From assembly GCA_963674595.2 (NCBI GenBank), contig CAXXFV010000016.1:96001-160000 (forward strand): a stretch of 64,000 nucleotides of DNA. Reading direction: 5' to 3'. Below, in pieces: positions 29,845-40,971 of this stretch (position 1 is its first letter; each line of letters begins with the position of its first letter). The stretch comes from a bacterium. GTDB lineage: Bacteria; Zhuqueibacterota; Zhuqueibacteria; Residuimicrobiales; Krinioviventaceae. The notes beneath the pieces were generated by a model, which made no database searches, was not told where the DNA came from, and saw nothing but the letters and a program-made list of their open reading frames with translations. The position numbers were made by a program, and so were the translations under genes.

Positions 29845-32800
29845 ATGAAAAAATGTTTATTCCTTTTACTGTTTTTGGGGTCATTGGTTTATGCGGCTGA
29901 TCCGATTACTGTGGTGCAATATCCGTTAACAACACGACCGGCAGTTTTAAAAGCCGGCGAAACTTTGTCTGTTTTATGTAAAGCATCGGCTTCGGCTTCC
30001 GGCTGGACGGCACAGATTTCCACACCCTATAATTCGGTTTCACTGACTCCTGCTGCCGTTTATAATTCCGCTGCCGGAGTTTGGACTCTTTCTTCTGTTA
30101 TTCCGGCGGATACGCCCTTTGAATTGTATGATCTAAAGGTCACGGCTTCCGGCGGGATTTCCGACGATGTGGTCCACGCTGTTAAGATATTATCCGAATA
30201 TCGTGATACTTATTATTTCGCACATGTTGCCGACCTGCACATGCCTTCTGTGGCCTGGCAGGGCTATATTGATTATGAAGATAAAAATTCTGCTGCGGAA
30301 TTTATTCAGATTCTTCAGGAATTGTCCGTTATTAATCCTGAATTTGTGTTACAAACAGGGGACATTGTTGATAATGGTCTTCAGGAAGATCAGTTTAAGG
30401 TATGTCAGGAAATTTTTAATGACGCTAAAGTGCCAATTTTCGCCACAGCAGGAAACCACGATGTGTGGCACGACGGGCACACTTATTGGAACCGGTACTT
30501 TAACCCGGTTATGAATTACAGTTTTAATTACGGTGAACACCATTTTAGCGGAATGGAAATGTATCTGGTGCCGACGGTGACGTTTACGGCCCAGCAGATG
30601 CAGTGGCTTCAGGATGATCTGTATCAGTCCATTCAGCGAAACGATAAAATGCGAATGCTTTTTTATCATTATGATGAATCCGAGCAGATTAATGGTGATT
30701 TTTGTAATGATTTTGAGGTTGACCTGACGGTTTTTGGCCATACCCACGAGAATGCAGTGTTTACAAACGGCAGTCGTCCGACTATTCATTTGAACACCGC
30801 TGCAACGATGAATGATCAGGGTAATTATCGTATTATCAAAGTATCCAATGATCGTGTTCAGCAATATCCGTTAATGAAGTTTAAAAAATTAACAACAACC
30901 TTTTTATCGGCCAATGACGGTTCCAACTGGACCAATAAAGCGACGATTGTAAATAATAATAATGTGTCTTTTGAAAACGGCCTGATCAAATTTTTAATGC
31001 AAAAACAATCGGCCGGTTATAATGTAACCGGCGGAACTGTGGAACAGGTTATTCATGCATCAGACATGGATGTATATTATGTATCCGTAAATATCCGTGC
31101 AAATTCAACACAGAATGTTGAAATTGTCAGCGTGACGCCGTTGTCCAATCATCCGCCTCAAATTACGGATTACTCTCCTGATGAAAACCCAACCGTCTAT
31201 GCCGGTGAAGCCTTTTCGTTTCGAATTACGGCAACTGACCCGGATAATGATGCCATGCAATATGAATGGTTTCAGGATGATGTGCTCATTTCAGGCAGTA
31301 CAAACGCTGTTTTAAATTTTACAGCAGATGTTGATTTCAGAGGTGAGACCGTTATTCGGGGACGCGTTTCTGATGGCGAATATTATGCGGAACATCAATG
31401 GATAGCTGATGTGCAAAAACCCAGCGATGGTCCCGAGGTAAAAATAACCAGTTATAATTTCTTTTTGCAAAATGAACCGATGACCATAGAGTGGACAGAG
31501 CCAAAGCCGATTAATGCGTATCTGGAATTTGGTCTTACGCCTGGTGAATATACAGGCAAAGTTTATGAAACCAGTGATGGACAGGCGACTTTTACTCCGG
31601 AACTGGTCGGTATGGAAATCGGCGTAAATTACTGCCGAATATCCGATGGTGCTGTTTCCAGTGATGTGTTTTCTGTTATTATCGAAAGTCCGCAGGCCCC
31701 GGAAATGCTGACGCCAATTGGTGATGTTCAAACATTAACGCCTATTTTTAGTTGGGGACAGGTTCCCGGTGTTCCCTATTATGTTGTTATTTGTTCCGAC
31801 GAAGAAATTATAATTTCCACTGATCCGGTTACGGGAGAATATTCTGTTGAAGGTGCCAATGCCATTTGGGCGACTATCACCTATGAAAACAGCGTCAGTT
31901 ACGGTACCAAAGACCCAAGCGGTACGTTTACGAATGCTCCGGCGCCTATGGCTCCGGGACAAAGTTATTGGTGGGTTGTTTTAAATTGTTACGGTGACAG
32001 TCCGGAATTAACATCACCGGTGAATTCGGGAATTTCCAAGTTTACCATTGATTGCCTTTGCCGGATATTGATGCCCCGGAATTGATTTCACCGGCTGTTA
32101 ATGATACATTATCCGATGAAGTGATTACATTTTCCTGGAAACCGGTTGATGATGCAACGGCGTATCATTTTTATCCGTTCAAAATTGAAGAAGAAGCAGA
32201 TATTGAAACAGCCCGTGGATTATGGCAGGATATTATTGCCACGACCGAATCGCAATATAATTATCCTGCAAAAGATTTACTGGTTGAAGGACGATACCGC
32301 TGGAAAGTTGCCGCTGTTGCTGATAACGGTCTGGAAATGGCCAGTGAATTAAGGAATTTCTATTACAAGGCCTCATCTGCCACGTTAAATATTCGCACTT
32401 ATGATGATAATAATACACCAACTGCGTTTGGTGATGATGTGGCCTTACCCAGGGTTAATATTGCATATAAAGCGCTGCAAGGTGTTTATACGGCCATGCC
32501 TTTGTCTACCGATCTGGACGGCAAACGTATCAATTATCTGGTTTCTCCCGGAATTTATCAATTTACCGTTGAAAAAGACGGATATAATACAATTATCGAT
32601 ACATTGACTTTTGTTGAAAATCAAACATATTCCTTGTCATTTCGGCTCAGTTCAAGCCCCTGTACTGTTACCGGTCGTATTGTTAATCAGTTTGAAGAGG
32701 GTGTTGGAAATGCAAATGTGACGGCTGAACATACCTTGAGGACAGATGTTTTAAAATCCACAATGACGGACACCCGTGGCTATTTTTCGTTGCCATTACT

Positions 32801-35800
32801 TGCCGGACCCTATCGGCTTTTAATTTCCAAAGAGGGTTATACCTCTCCGGCCCCACATTCGTTTTCAATTGAAAGTGATGAGATAAAAGCCATATCACCG
32901 GATTTGGTGCTGACAAAAAATGCCAATATTATTACCGGTACGGTCGTTAATACGGCCCAACAGCCGGTTTATGGAGTTTTAGTCAGGTTGGCAAATGACG
33001 CGTCCGAGGTTTCACAGCGCACAAATGCCGATGGATTTTTTAGTTTTGAAGTACAGAATGGAACATGGACGGTTTCTGTTGAAAAAGATGGTTTTGTTTC
33101 TCCTGCATCCAGACAAGTTACGGTAACCGGAAATTCCAATATCAGTTTGACGCCACCGTTTATTTTACAATCAAATGCCGCCATTATACAGGGACAGGTA
33201 ACAGACGGTCTTTCACCGCTGGCCGGGGTTGTTGTTAAAGCCATTCCATCCGCAGGTACTGCTTTTCAGACAACAACCGATGATTTTGGACAGTTTACTT
33301 TGAATGTTACATCCGGCACATTTACGCTTTATGCGGAAAAAACGGGCTATATTTTTAACCAGTCGATTCAGGCAACGTTGTCAAGCGGTGAAACCCTGTC
33401 AGGACAAAAAATTGTGCTAAGCCCGGCCCAGAGTTTTGTTAAGGGCAAGGTCACAACAGACGGTTACACGCCTTTACAGGGTGTTAAAATATCCAACTCT
33501 GGTGTAAGCGTTTTAACGAATGAAAGCGGTACTTATTCTTTGGGCGTGGAACCCGGAACACATTCCATATCCGCTGCCAAAGAGGGTTATATCAGCACAT
33601 CCCCGGATACTGTCACTGTTGCACCTGGTCAGGTTGTTGAAAATATCAATTTTATTTTGTCTCCTAATGCAAGCGTGATAAAAGGACGTGTTACTTTTAA
33701 TGGTTCCGGTATTAATCATGCACAGGTCAATGCTGTTAATTCGCATACGGTAACGACTTTTTCCGATGAAAACGGTTATTATGTTCTTAATGTAGATGCC
33801 GGCGAATGGCAGATAACAGTTTCCAAAGAAAACTATACGACGGAATCCAAGACGGGTATTGTCATCGGAACAGCGCAAACGCTGTTGGATGTGGATTTTG
33901 AATTATCGTTAAACAGTGGTGTGGTTTCCGGTGTCGTACGTTCGACGAATTCGTCTGCAGCAATTGCCGGAGTAAAAGTAACCGTTTTGGAAAATGGTTT
34001 TTCAACGTTAACAAACCAGCAGGGACGGTTCAGTTTTTCTTTTACACCTGGTGAATATCATCTTAATTTTGAGAAAACCGGGTTTCAATCTGTTCAAAAT
34101 AAAAGCGTAACAGTTACTGTTAATCAGACATCAGAGTTGACTATCGATTTACAGCCGATGGAAAGCCAATTTAACGGCACTGTTTTAACACAAGATGATT
34201 TGCCGCTTAAAAATGTACAGATTTTAGCTGTGTCCGGTACGGATACGACCACAACTTTAACCACAACAGACGGAAAATTTGTTCTCGGTGTTCATGCCGG
34301 GACCTATCAACTGACGGCCGTTAAAAGCGGTTACCAGGACTATTCGTGGCCCCAAAATTATTCCATTGCTAATGGTGAAACAATTCAGTTACCAAATGCA
34401 AAATTAACTTCAGCTTTTATTAAAGTAGCCGGAAATGTACGGGACGCGAGTTCAACGGGTATTGCCGAGGCGCGAATAACCGCAAAAACAACAACCGGTT
34501 TTTCAGCGCAAACGCAAACCTCAGAAACCGGTGAATTCGAATTTGTTGATACTTCCGGCCAGCCCATTCTACCTGCCGGAACCTATACATTGATTGCTTC
34601 GAAAAACGGCTTTCAGCCTGATACGCTTTCAAATGTAAATATTAACAGCCCGGTCACGGACCTTGCTTTTCAGTTGATCAAAAATACCGGTGCTGTCAAA
34701 GGTATTGTTTATCTTGATAACGTCGCTTTGGCCGGAGCAACGGTCACGGCAGTTGCGTCAACCTCAAAAAAATCGTTTTCTACCGTATCACAAACCAACG
34801 GCCGTTTTGAAATTTCCGGACTTGTTTCCGGTACCTATAAGGTTAAGGCGGTTTTTACCGGTGCTTCTGTCCCGGAAGAACAGGTTATTGATGCATCCTC
34901 CGGTACGGATGTGGGAATTTATTTGACATCTAACAAAGGGCACCTGTACGGTACGATAAAAAATGCTGCCTTTAATACGGTCATTAACCAGGCATCCATC
35001 ACCTTGAATAATAATCATGGTGGTGTAAATACGGTTTATAGTGATTCCACTGGATTTTACCAGGCTAAAAGCTTACCGACCGATTATCCGTTTAATATAA
35101 AAATTGTGAAAAAAGGATATCAAACTATTGAACAAAACAGCGTTGTTATCGATTCATCGACACAGCTTGATTATAACCTGGAACCCTTGTACGGTGATAT
35201 TTCCGGTATTGTGTCGCAGGATGGTAATACGCCTGTGGCTGAAGTGATTGTTCATGCTGTTTCTCAACGATATTCATTTTCGGATACAACAGATCAAAAC
35301 GGTACATATCAATTCATTAATATACCGGCGGATTTGTACACTGTTACGGCTGAAAAAGTCGGTTACCGCTCTGATCCCATTGAAAAAAGTGCAGACTTGT
35401 GGTTGGGCGGCGATTTAACAAATTATAATTTTACTTTTATAGAGGCTATAGCAGCCAAATTGACCATTATCGGTCCGGAAAATGTAAAAAACACGGTCGT
35501 TCAAAAATACAATTTTACCGCCAAAACGGCCGATAATCGTGAAGCTGTTATCGATCCGTTATGGTCGGTTAATTTTACCCCGGCGGTTGAATTACTTGAT
35601 CAAAATGGTATCTTGGACCCGGCTAATGATTATATTGGGTCCGTTATAATAACCATTACCGATCAGTTTTCAGGGGCTTTTGCATCGCAAAAAGTATATA
35701 TATATCAGGAAGTGACGGATAAAACGCTTCAAAAAGAGTTGACCGATAAAAGAAATATTCAGCTCTATTTGCCGGACAATTCTGCGGAACAAAAAATCCA

Positions 35801-36404
35801 GTTACAGTTACGTAAACCTGATTTTTCAGATATAAGAAGAAACAAAAAAGATTATCAGGTTATCGGTGATATTTACCAGCTTTCACCGACGACTTATGTT
35901 TTTTCAAGTCCGCTGGAACTGGTGTTTTCTGTTCCTGAAGAATATTTGGATAAAAAAGTCGTTATTGGTAAATGGAATACAGACCGGTTAGAATGGGAAG
36001 TCATTACCAGTGAAAAGATTGGGGACGAACAGTTGCGCGTTTCCACGCATCAACTTGGACGATTTGCCATGCTGGCGCAGGCCGAACCGTTAAGCATTTC
36101 AGATATTAAAATTTTGCCGAATCCTTTTTCACCTTATACAGGTCCGGCTAAAATCAGTTATACTATTACTTCAAATACAACAACAACACCAATTGTAACG
36201 GCCAAAGTTTATAATATGGTTGGAGATTTGGTCAAGATATTAATTGACGCCAAGCCACAGGAACGTGGTGAAAACTTGGTGGAATGGGACGGTTTATCTG
36301 ATATGGGCCGTATGGCCATGAACGGCCGGTATTTGTTGCGTATGCAGGTAAAAGACATGACCGGCACAAAGGAAAAACTGGAAACCTTTGTGTTGATTAA
36401 ATAA
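29845..36404 (+). CDS. About 2,190-aa secreted protein: metallophosphoesterase + Ig-like domains + many carboxypeptidase-regulatory-like repeats + ZU5-like + FlgD-Ig CTD; single frameshift near 32052
   Basis: Signal MKKCLFLLLF; DLH, GDIVD, GNHD, GHTH; repeated G.V....TD..G.F....G.Y....K.GY units; PNPFSP..WDG..G.Y CTD. Adding one T near 32052 joins the 770-aa and 1450-aa ORFs (..FTIDLPLPDIDAP..). Confidence 0.8.
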
Positions 36405-37324
36405 TGAGGCTATGGATGAGATTTCTTTTCTACATTTTTATTGTTTTAATTTCATGTTTGCCGGTAGCGGCTGACATTCCTGCTGCTTACGTTGACATTG
36501 GATTTGGAGCGCGTCCGATGGGTATGGGCGGTGCCTACACGGCTTTGAGTAATGACATCAATGCCATGTTTTGGAACCCGGCAGGAATGACATTTATACA
36601 GGGCAGCCAGGTAACGGCCATGTATACAAAACAATTTGGACTTATTCCCTATGGTTTTGCAGCCTATGGCGGCCAATTTTATGGCAATTATGCCGGACTC
36701 GGATTTATAACGTCCGGGAATGACGTTCTGCGTGAAACAACGTTTTTGGCAAGTTATGCTATCAAGTTTTTTATTCCCTATATAGGTACAACGCGCCTTG
36801 GTGCAAATGTGCGATACCGACGGTCCAGTTTTGGAAACAATCAGGACGGTGGTGAATTCCGAAGTCAGGGAGATGCTTCCGGATTTGGTGTTGATGCCGG
36901 TGTTTTATGGGTCCTTAATCCGAAAACGTCTTTTGGGATTTTTGGCAGAGACCTTTTTAATGCCATGTATTACAACAATACCACCCGGGATGTCAGTTAT
37001 TCTGAAAGTATTCCCCGTACTTTGGTGTTCGGTTTAGCCCGTTCTATTCGACAGGGTGCGTTTTTAACGCTGGATTGGGAACAGGCCTTATATTCGGATA
37101 CTTTTAACAAGGTGCATGTAGGTACGGAAATTCAGGTTTTTCAGCTTATATTTTTGCGCGGTGGATTTTGGCAAAATGTGGAAGGTGATATCAACAGAAA
37201 TTACAGCGCCGGAATGGGACTGAATTATACAGCCCGCCGCGTTGCCGTACAATTTGATTTTGCCTATTTGTTTAATGATTTAGCCAATACACCCAGAGTT
37301 TCGTTAACGGTTTTTTACAAGTAA
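36404..37324 (+). CDS. PorV/PorQ-like (FadL superfamily, UPF0164) outer-membrane barrel
   Basis: GARPMGMGGAYTA..D..A.FWNPAG signature; FDFAY...N..RVSL. The start overlaps the upstream stop (TAATG). Confidence 0.88.
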   Translation: MRLWMRFLFYIFIVLISCLPVAADIPAAYVDIGFGARPMGMGGAYTALSNDINAMFWNPAGMTFIQGSQVTAMYTKQFGLIPYGFAAYGGQFYGNYAGLGFITSGNDVLRETTFLASYAIKFFIPYIGTTRLGANVRYRRSSFGNNQDGGEFRSQGDASGFGVDAGVLWVLNPKTSFGIFGRDLFNAMYYNNTTRDVSYSESIPRTLVFGLARSIRQGAFLTLDWEQALYSDTFNKVHVGTEIQVFQLIFLRGGFWQNVEGDINRNYSAGMGLNYTARRVAVQFDFAYLFNDLANTPRVSLTVFYK

Positions 37325-37327
37325 ATT

Positions 37328-38797
37328 GTGAAATTTATTATGATGAAAAAAATACTATTACTGTTTTTGCTTTTTATTCAACTTCCTGCAATGGCAGAAG
37401 ATAAAGATTTGATTGTTTTTCTGCGAGGCGGCAGAACAGATATTAAATTTTCGTTTTTTGGACAATTGATTACAGGAGACGGTTTATCGCTTGGTTACAA
37501 GTCCAGTCAACCCTGGGATATATGGGACAATCCGGCGTCTTTGGTGACATTTAACCAAAGTTATTTCAATCTGAATTTTCAGCCGCAACTCAATTTTGAT
37601 CCCAATTCTTTGTATGATATCGATGCGGACATTATTGAAAATGTTGATGACGCTATCAAAGATTATCGCGATGAGAATACCCTTGTGGATTATCCGGTAG
37701 TTCAAGGTAATGTCGGACAAAAAGGTGACATGTTTGGTTTTCAGTTGGTAATTCCTTTATCGGACCAAAATTCCCGTAAAAGTGTGATGACGTTTTCTCT
37801 CAGCCGCCCGGTTTTTATGGATTTTGAAGCCAATAATGATGGATTTGATACGCTGATTCGTACCACCAAAGCAGTTGGTGATCAGAATAAAATTATAAAT
37901 TTGCGTATGAATGCGGTTTTGTATGGACAGGCTCATATTAAAGCTTCTCAATATGCCTTTGGATTTTCGCATTTGTTTTCAGATCGTCTGGCAGTCGGTG
38001 TTAAACTTGGCCGGACATTGATCAATACCAAAGTGAACGGTCAGGTGAAACTGAATGGAATTATGGAAACAGCCGGGACCGAATATGCTTTTAACGATCC
38101 GTACGATCCCAGAATTGATTTTGAAGCAGGTGAAACCAATAAACTCGACCAGAATATTAATGCTGATTTTTCCGGACAGGGCTGGAACGCTCAATTTGGT
38201 TTTCTGACATTGCTGACCAAAAGTCTGGTTTTGGGTTTGGATGCAAATATTCAGGAAAGTATTGTTTTGACGGGCAATATGGAAATTGAACAGTATAAAA
38301 TTCCGGCTTTAAATATGGATGCGCTTTCCGGGGATGAAAGTGATGAGGATTTGATAGATCCGGTTAAGCTGGATCTGGCTAAACTGACATTGACGGAAAA
38401 AGTTGATAATAAAGTCAGCCGGCGTCTTTCTTTTCAAATGCCGTCCTCTGTCGGATTACAGCTTTCACGTCAGGGTCGTGTTTTTGAAGCTGTTTTGGGT
38501 TTCCGAAAATATATCGGCCGTTTTGGATACAATTTTTTAGATACAAAATATCAGGCCCATCTTAATTACGGCGTTGATATGGACATTATTCTCGGTGGAT
38601 TTAATATGTCTCTGGGTGCAATAAAAGCTTCTTTGGTGAATGAAGAAGAATTTAAAATCGTTGATGAACTGTCGACCTGGATGCCCCATGGTTCACTTGG
38701 ATTCGAGTTTTTTCTCTTGAACAATATTCATGTCGGGACAAAACTTTTTGTAACACCCACACCGGGTTTGGGTATTAAACTGGGTTATTTTTTCTAA
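37328..38797 (+). CDS. Outer-membrane beta-barrel protein, divergent FadL/PorV-like
   Basis: Signal peptide, WDNPASL motif, amphipathic strands, C-terminal GIKLGYFF. The start may be the ATG at 37340 or 37343. Confidence 0.62.
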   Translation: MKFIMMKKILLLFLLFIQLPAMAEDKDLIVFLRGGRTDIKFSFFGQLITGDGLSLGYKSSQPWDIWDNPASLVTFNQSYFNLNFQPQLNFDPNSLYDIDADIIENVDDAIKDYRDENTLVDYPVVQGNVGQKGDMFGFQLVIPLSDQNSRKSVMTFSLSRPVFMDFEANNDGFDTLIRTTKAVGDQNKIINLRMNAVLYGQAHIKASQYAFGFSHLFSDRLAVGVKLGRTLINTKVNGQVKLNGIMETAGTEYAFNDPYDPRIDFEAGETNKLDQNINADFSGQGWNAQFGFLTLLTKSLVLGLDANIQESIVLTGNMEIEQYKIPALNMDALSGDESDEDLIDPVKLDLAKLTLTEKVDNKVSRRLSFQMPSSVGLQLSRQGRVFEAVLGFRKYIGRFGYNFLDTKYQAHLNYGVDMDIILGGFNMSLGAIKASLVNEEEFKIVDELSTWMPHGSLGFEFFLLNNIHVGTKLFVTPTPGLGIKLGYFF

Positions 38798-38829
38798 TCG
38801 TATAACAATAATTTGTGTTACCTTTCTTT

Positions 38830-38866
38830 AAAAGCAAGCCGTATCTAAACATGCGGCTTGCTTTTT
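38830..38866 (+). terminator. Intrinsic terminator of the cargo-barrel operon
   Basis: AAAAGCAAGCCGTAT-ctaaac-ATGCGGCTTGCTTTTT. Confidence 0.82.
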
Positions 38867-38934
38867 CGTTTATTTCTTTTAAATTATCATATTCAAAACC
38901 AGATAAAATTTTCATTTATGACCGGAGGTTTACG

Positions 38935-39078
38935 ATGCGTTTACAATCTTTATATTATGATTTTTCAAATGGAAAGAAAAACCGATCATTATGGAGATTT
39001 AGTTTATGCAATATTTTAAAATTTCAAATTTGTCTTTTTGCTATGAGGAACAGGTCGAAAACCTTTTTAACGATATAA
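38935..39078 (+). promoter_or_regulatory. Putative leader uORF (47 codons, MRLQSLYY...) with a hairpin covering the ABC-F SD
   Basis: GGAGG SD at 38924-38928, ATG at 38935. 38945-38961 is complementary to 38985-38999, which contains the ABC-F SD GGAGA. Confidence 0.55.
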
Positions 39079-40616
39079 GTTGTGAAATAAATACCGAAGA
39101 TAAAATCGGTCTCGTCGGGGAAAACGGTTGCGGCAAAACAACCCTATTTAAAATTATGCTTGGAGAACAGGATGTCAAAGCCGGTGTTCTTAACAGGAAT
39201 CAAAATTTAAAAATTGGGTACCTGCCTCAAAAATTAATCTTTTCAGAAAATATAACTGTTGCTGATTATTTGTGGATGATTAATCCTGCTTTATTAGCTA
39301 TAAAACAAAAAATTGAAGCGGAAAAAGACTTTACTTCCGACAATATCAACTTGTTTACGGAATTTGAAGAAAAGGGCGGATATTCTTTTGAAAATAAATA
39401 TTTTCGAATTCTGTCCAGATTTCAATTGGATGAAAAACTTGCACAACAAAAGCTTGAACAGATAAGCGGCGGTGAAAAAACAAAGGTGGCCCTGTGCCGG
39501 CTTTTGTTAAAAGATTCCGACGTGTTACTGCTCGATGAACCCACAAACCATCTTGATGTGCAAACATTACAATGGCTGGAGAATTTTCTCAGTTCTATAA
39601 AAATTCCCTATGTTATCATTAGTCATGACCGCAAATTTTTAGACCAGTGCGTCAATAAAATTTGGGAACTGGAAGACAAAACCCTGTCTGTTTATACCGG
39701 CAATTACTCTTTTTATAAAACAGAAAAAGAGACGGATTTTCAGACAAGAATACATACCTATCAATCGCAGCAGAAAAAAATCAAACAATTGGAAAAAGCG
39801 TTTACGGACCGGAAAGAATGGGCGGCGTCTCATCAACAACAAACAGGTAAAGAAGGCAATGCTCATGTTTATGAGAGTATTACCAATGCCGCTAAACGCT
39901 CTATGCAGCGGGCGAAAAATGTAGAAAAACGCATGCAAAAAATGATTGAAAAAGCCAAAGAAGACAAGGTTTTTATTAAAAAGAAAAGGGAATTCTTTTT
40001 ACAAGCCAAGGAAATTAAAGCACAGCACGTATTAAAAGTAACCGGTTTGGGGAAATCCTTTTCAGAAATCCCTGTTTTTAAGGACACAACTTTTACAGTG
40101 GGCAGAAACACCAAACTGGCTATTACCGGTTCCAATGGCTCCGGTAAAACTACCTTATTAAGAATAATTACCGGTTTTATTAAACAGTCTGGCGGGACTT
40201 TTTCGTGGACACCTGCCGCCAGGATCGGATATTTCAGCCAGGAACACGAAATCCTTGATGAAGATAAATCCATTCTTGAGCAAGTGCTTCAGGGAGATAT
40301 GGAAAAAATGACCTATGCGAGGACCGTGCTGGGCTGTTTAAATATTCGTGGTGACCGTGTTTATCAGCAAATAAAAACAACAAGTTTGGGTGAAAAAACA
40401 AAGGTTGCTTTGGCAAAAATTCTGGTTTCTGATGTGAATGTGTTGGTGCTGGATGAGCCGACAAATCATTTAGAGATCTCTGCTCGTGAAGCGTTGGAAA
40501 AAGCATTGGTTGCTTTTCAAAATCCCATAATTTTTGTATCACATGACCGTTATTTTGTGGAAAAACTGGCAACAGACCAGTTGGACATGGATTCGGGAGA
40601 ATATAGAGCTGTTTAA
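39006..40616 (+). CDS. ABC-F ATPase, ribosomal-protection (VmlR-like ARE) type
   Basis: Two NBDs (GENGCGKTT/SGGE/LLDEPTNHLD and GSNGSGKTT/SLGE/LDEPTNHLE), no TM segments, long interdomain linker. Confidence 0.88.
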   Translation: MQYFKISNLSFCYEEQVENLFNDISCEINTEDKIGLVGENGCGKTTLFKIMLGEQDVKAGVLNRNQNLKIGYLPQKLIFSENITVADYLWMINPALLAIKQKIEAEKDFTSDNINLFTEFEEKGGYSFENKYFRILSRFQLDEKLAQQKLEQISGGEKTKVALCRLLLKDSDVLLLDEPTNHLDVQTLQWLENFLSSIKIPYVIISHDRKFLDQCVNKIWELEDKTLSVYTGNYSFYKTEKETDFQTRIHTYQSQQKKIKQLEKAFTDRKEWAASHQQQTGKEGNAHVYESITNAAKRSMQRAKNVEKRMQKMIEKAKEDKVFIKKKREFFLQAKEIKAQHVLKVTGLGKSFSEIPVFKDTTFTVGRNTKLAITGSNGSGKTTLLRIITGFIKQSGGTFSWTPAARIGYFSQEHEILDEDKSILEQVLQGDMEKMTYARTVLGCLNIRGDRVYQQIKTTSLGEKTKVALAKILVSDVNVLVLDEPTNHLEISAREALEKALVAFQNPIIFVSHDRYFVEKLATDQLDMDSGEYRAV

Positions 40617-40728
40617 ACTATTAAATGATAACATAGGTTTTAAAAATGTATTTTTTTATTGAAATTTTCTGAAAACTGTGTTAGATTCCATTTTGGTATT
40701 AATTTGGTATAAGAATGTGAGGTTTCAT

Positions 40729-40971
40729 ATGCCGGCAATAACTTTAAAAAATATTCCAACAGATTTGTATGATGAAATAAGGAAAAATGCAGAGATAAAT
40801 TTTCGTAGTATTAATAGTGAAATAATATTTCGTCTAAAACAATCTGTCGAGCATAAGAGGATTGACCCCAAGTTATTAATTTCCAGGATTGAAGACCTTC
40901 AGGCCAAAATAAAAATCCCAAATCTAACTGATGAAATATTACATCAAGCTAAAAATATGGGGCGCCAATGA
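40729..40971 (+). CDS. Arc/FitA-like ribbon-helix-helix antitoxin
   Basis: MPAITLKNIP.DLY..I...A..N.RSINSEII..L; overlaps vapC by ATGA. Confidence 0.85.
   Translation: MPAITLKNIPTDLYDEIRKNAEINFRSINSEIIFRLKQSVEHKRIDPKLLISRIEDLQAKIKIPNLTDEILHQAKNMGRQ

Noticed and set aside
32640-35440. Repeats in the giant gene as a DNA repeat array or CRISPR
   Set aside because: The repetition is at protein-domain level only; the nucleotide copies are highly diverged.
38830-38866. Hairpin as a transcriptional attenuator of the ABC-F
   Set aside because: It lies upstream of the uORF and about 30 nt after the barrel stop, so it fits an ordinary terminator.
38815-38934. 5' part of the 87-aa ORF-track entry 38815-39078
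   Set aside because: It runs through the terminator hairpin. Only the portion from ATG 38935, which has an SD, is credible.
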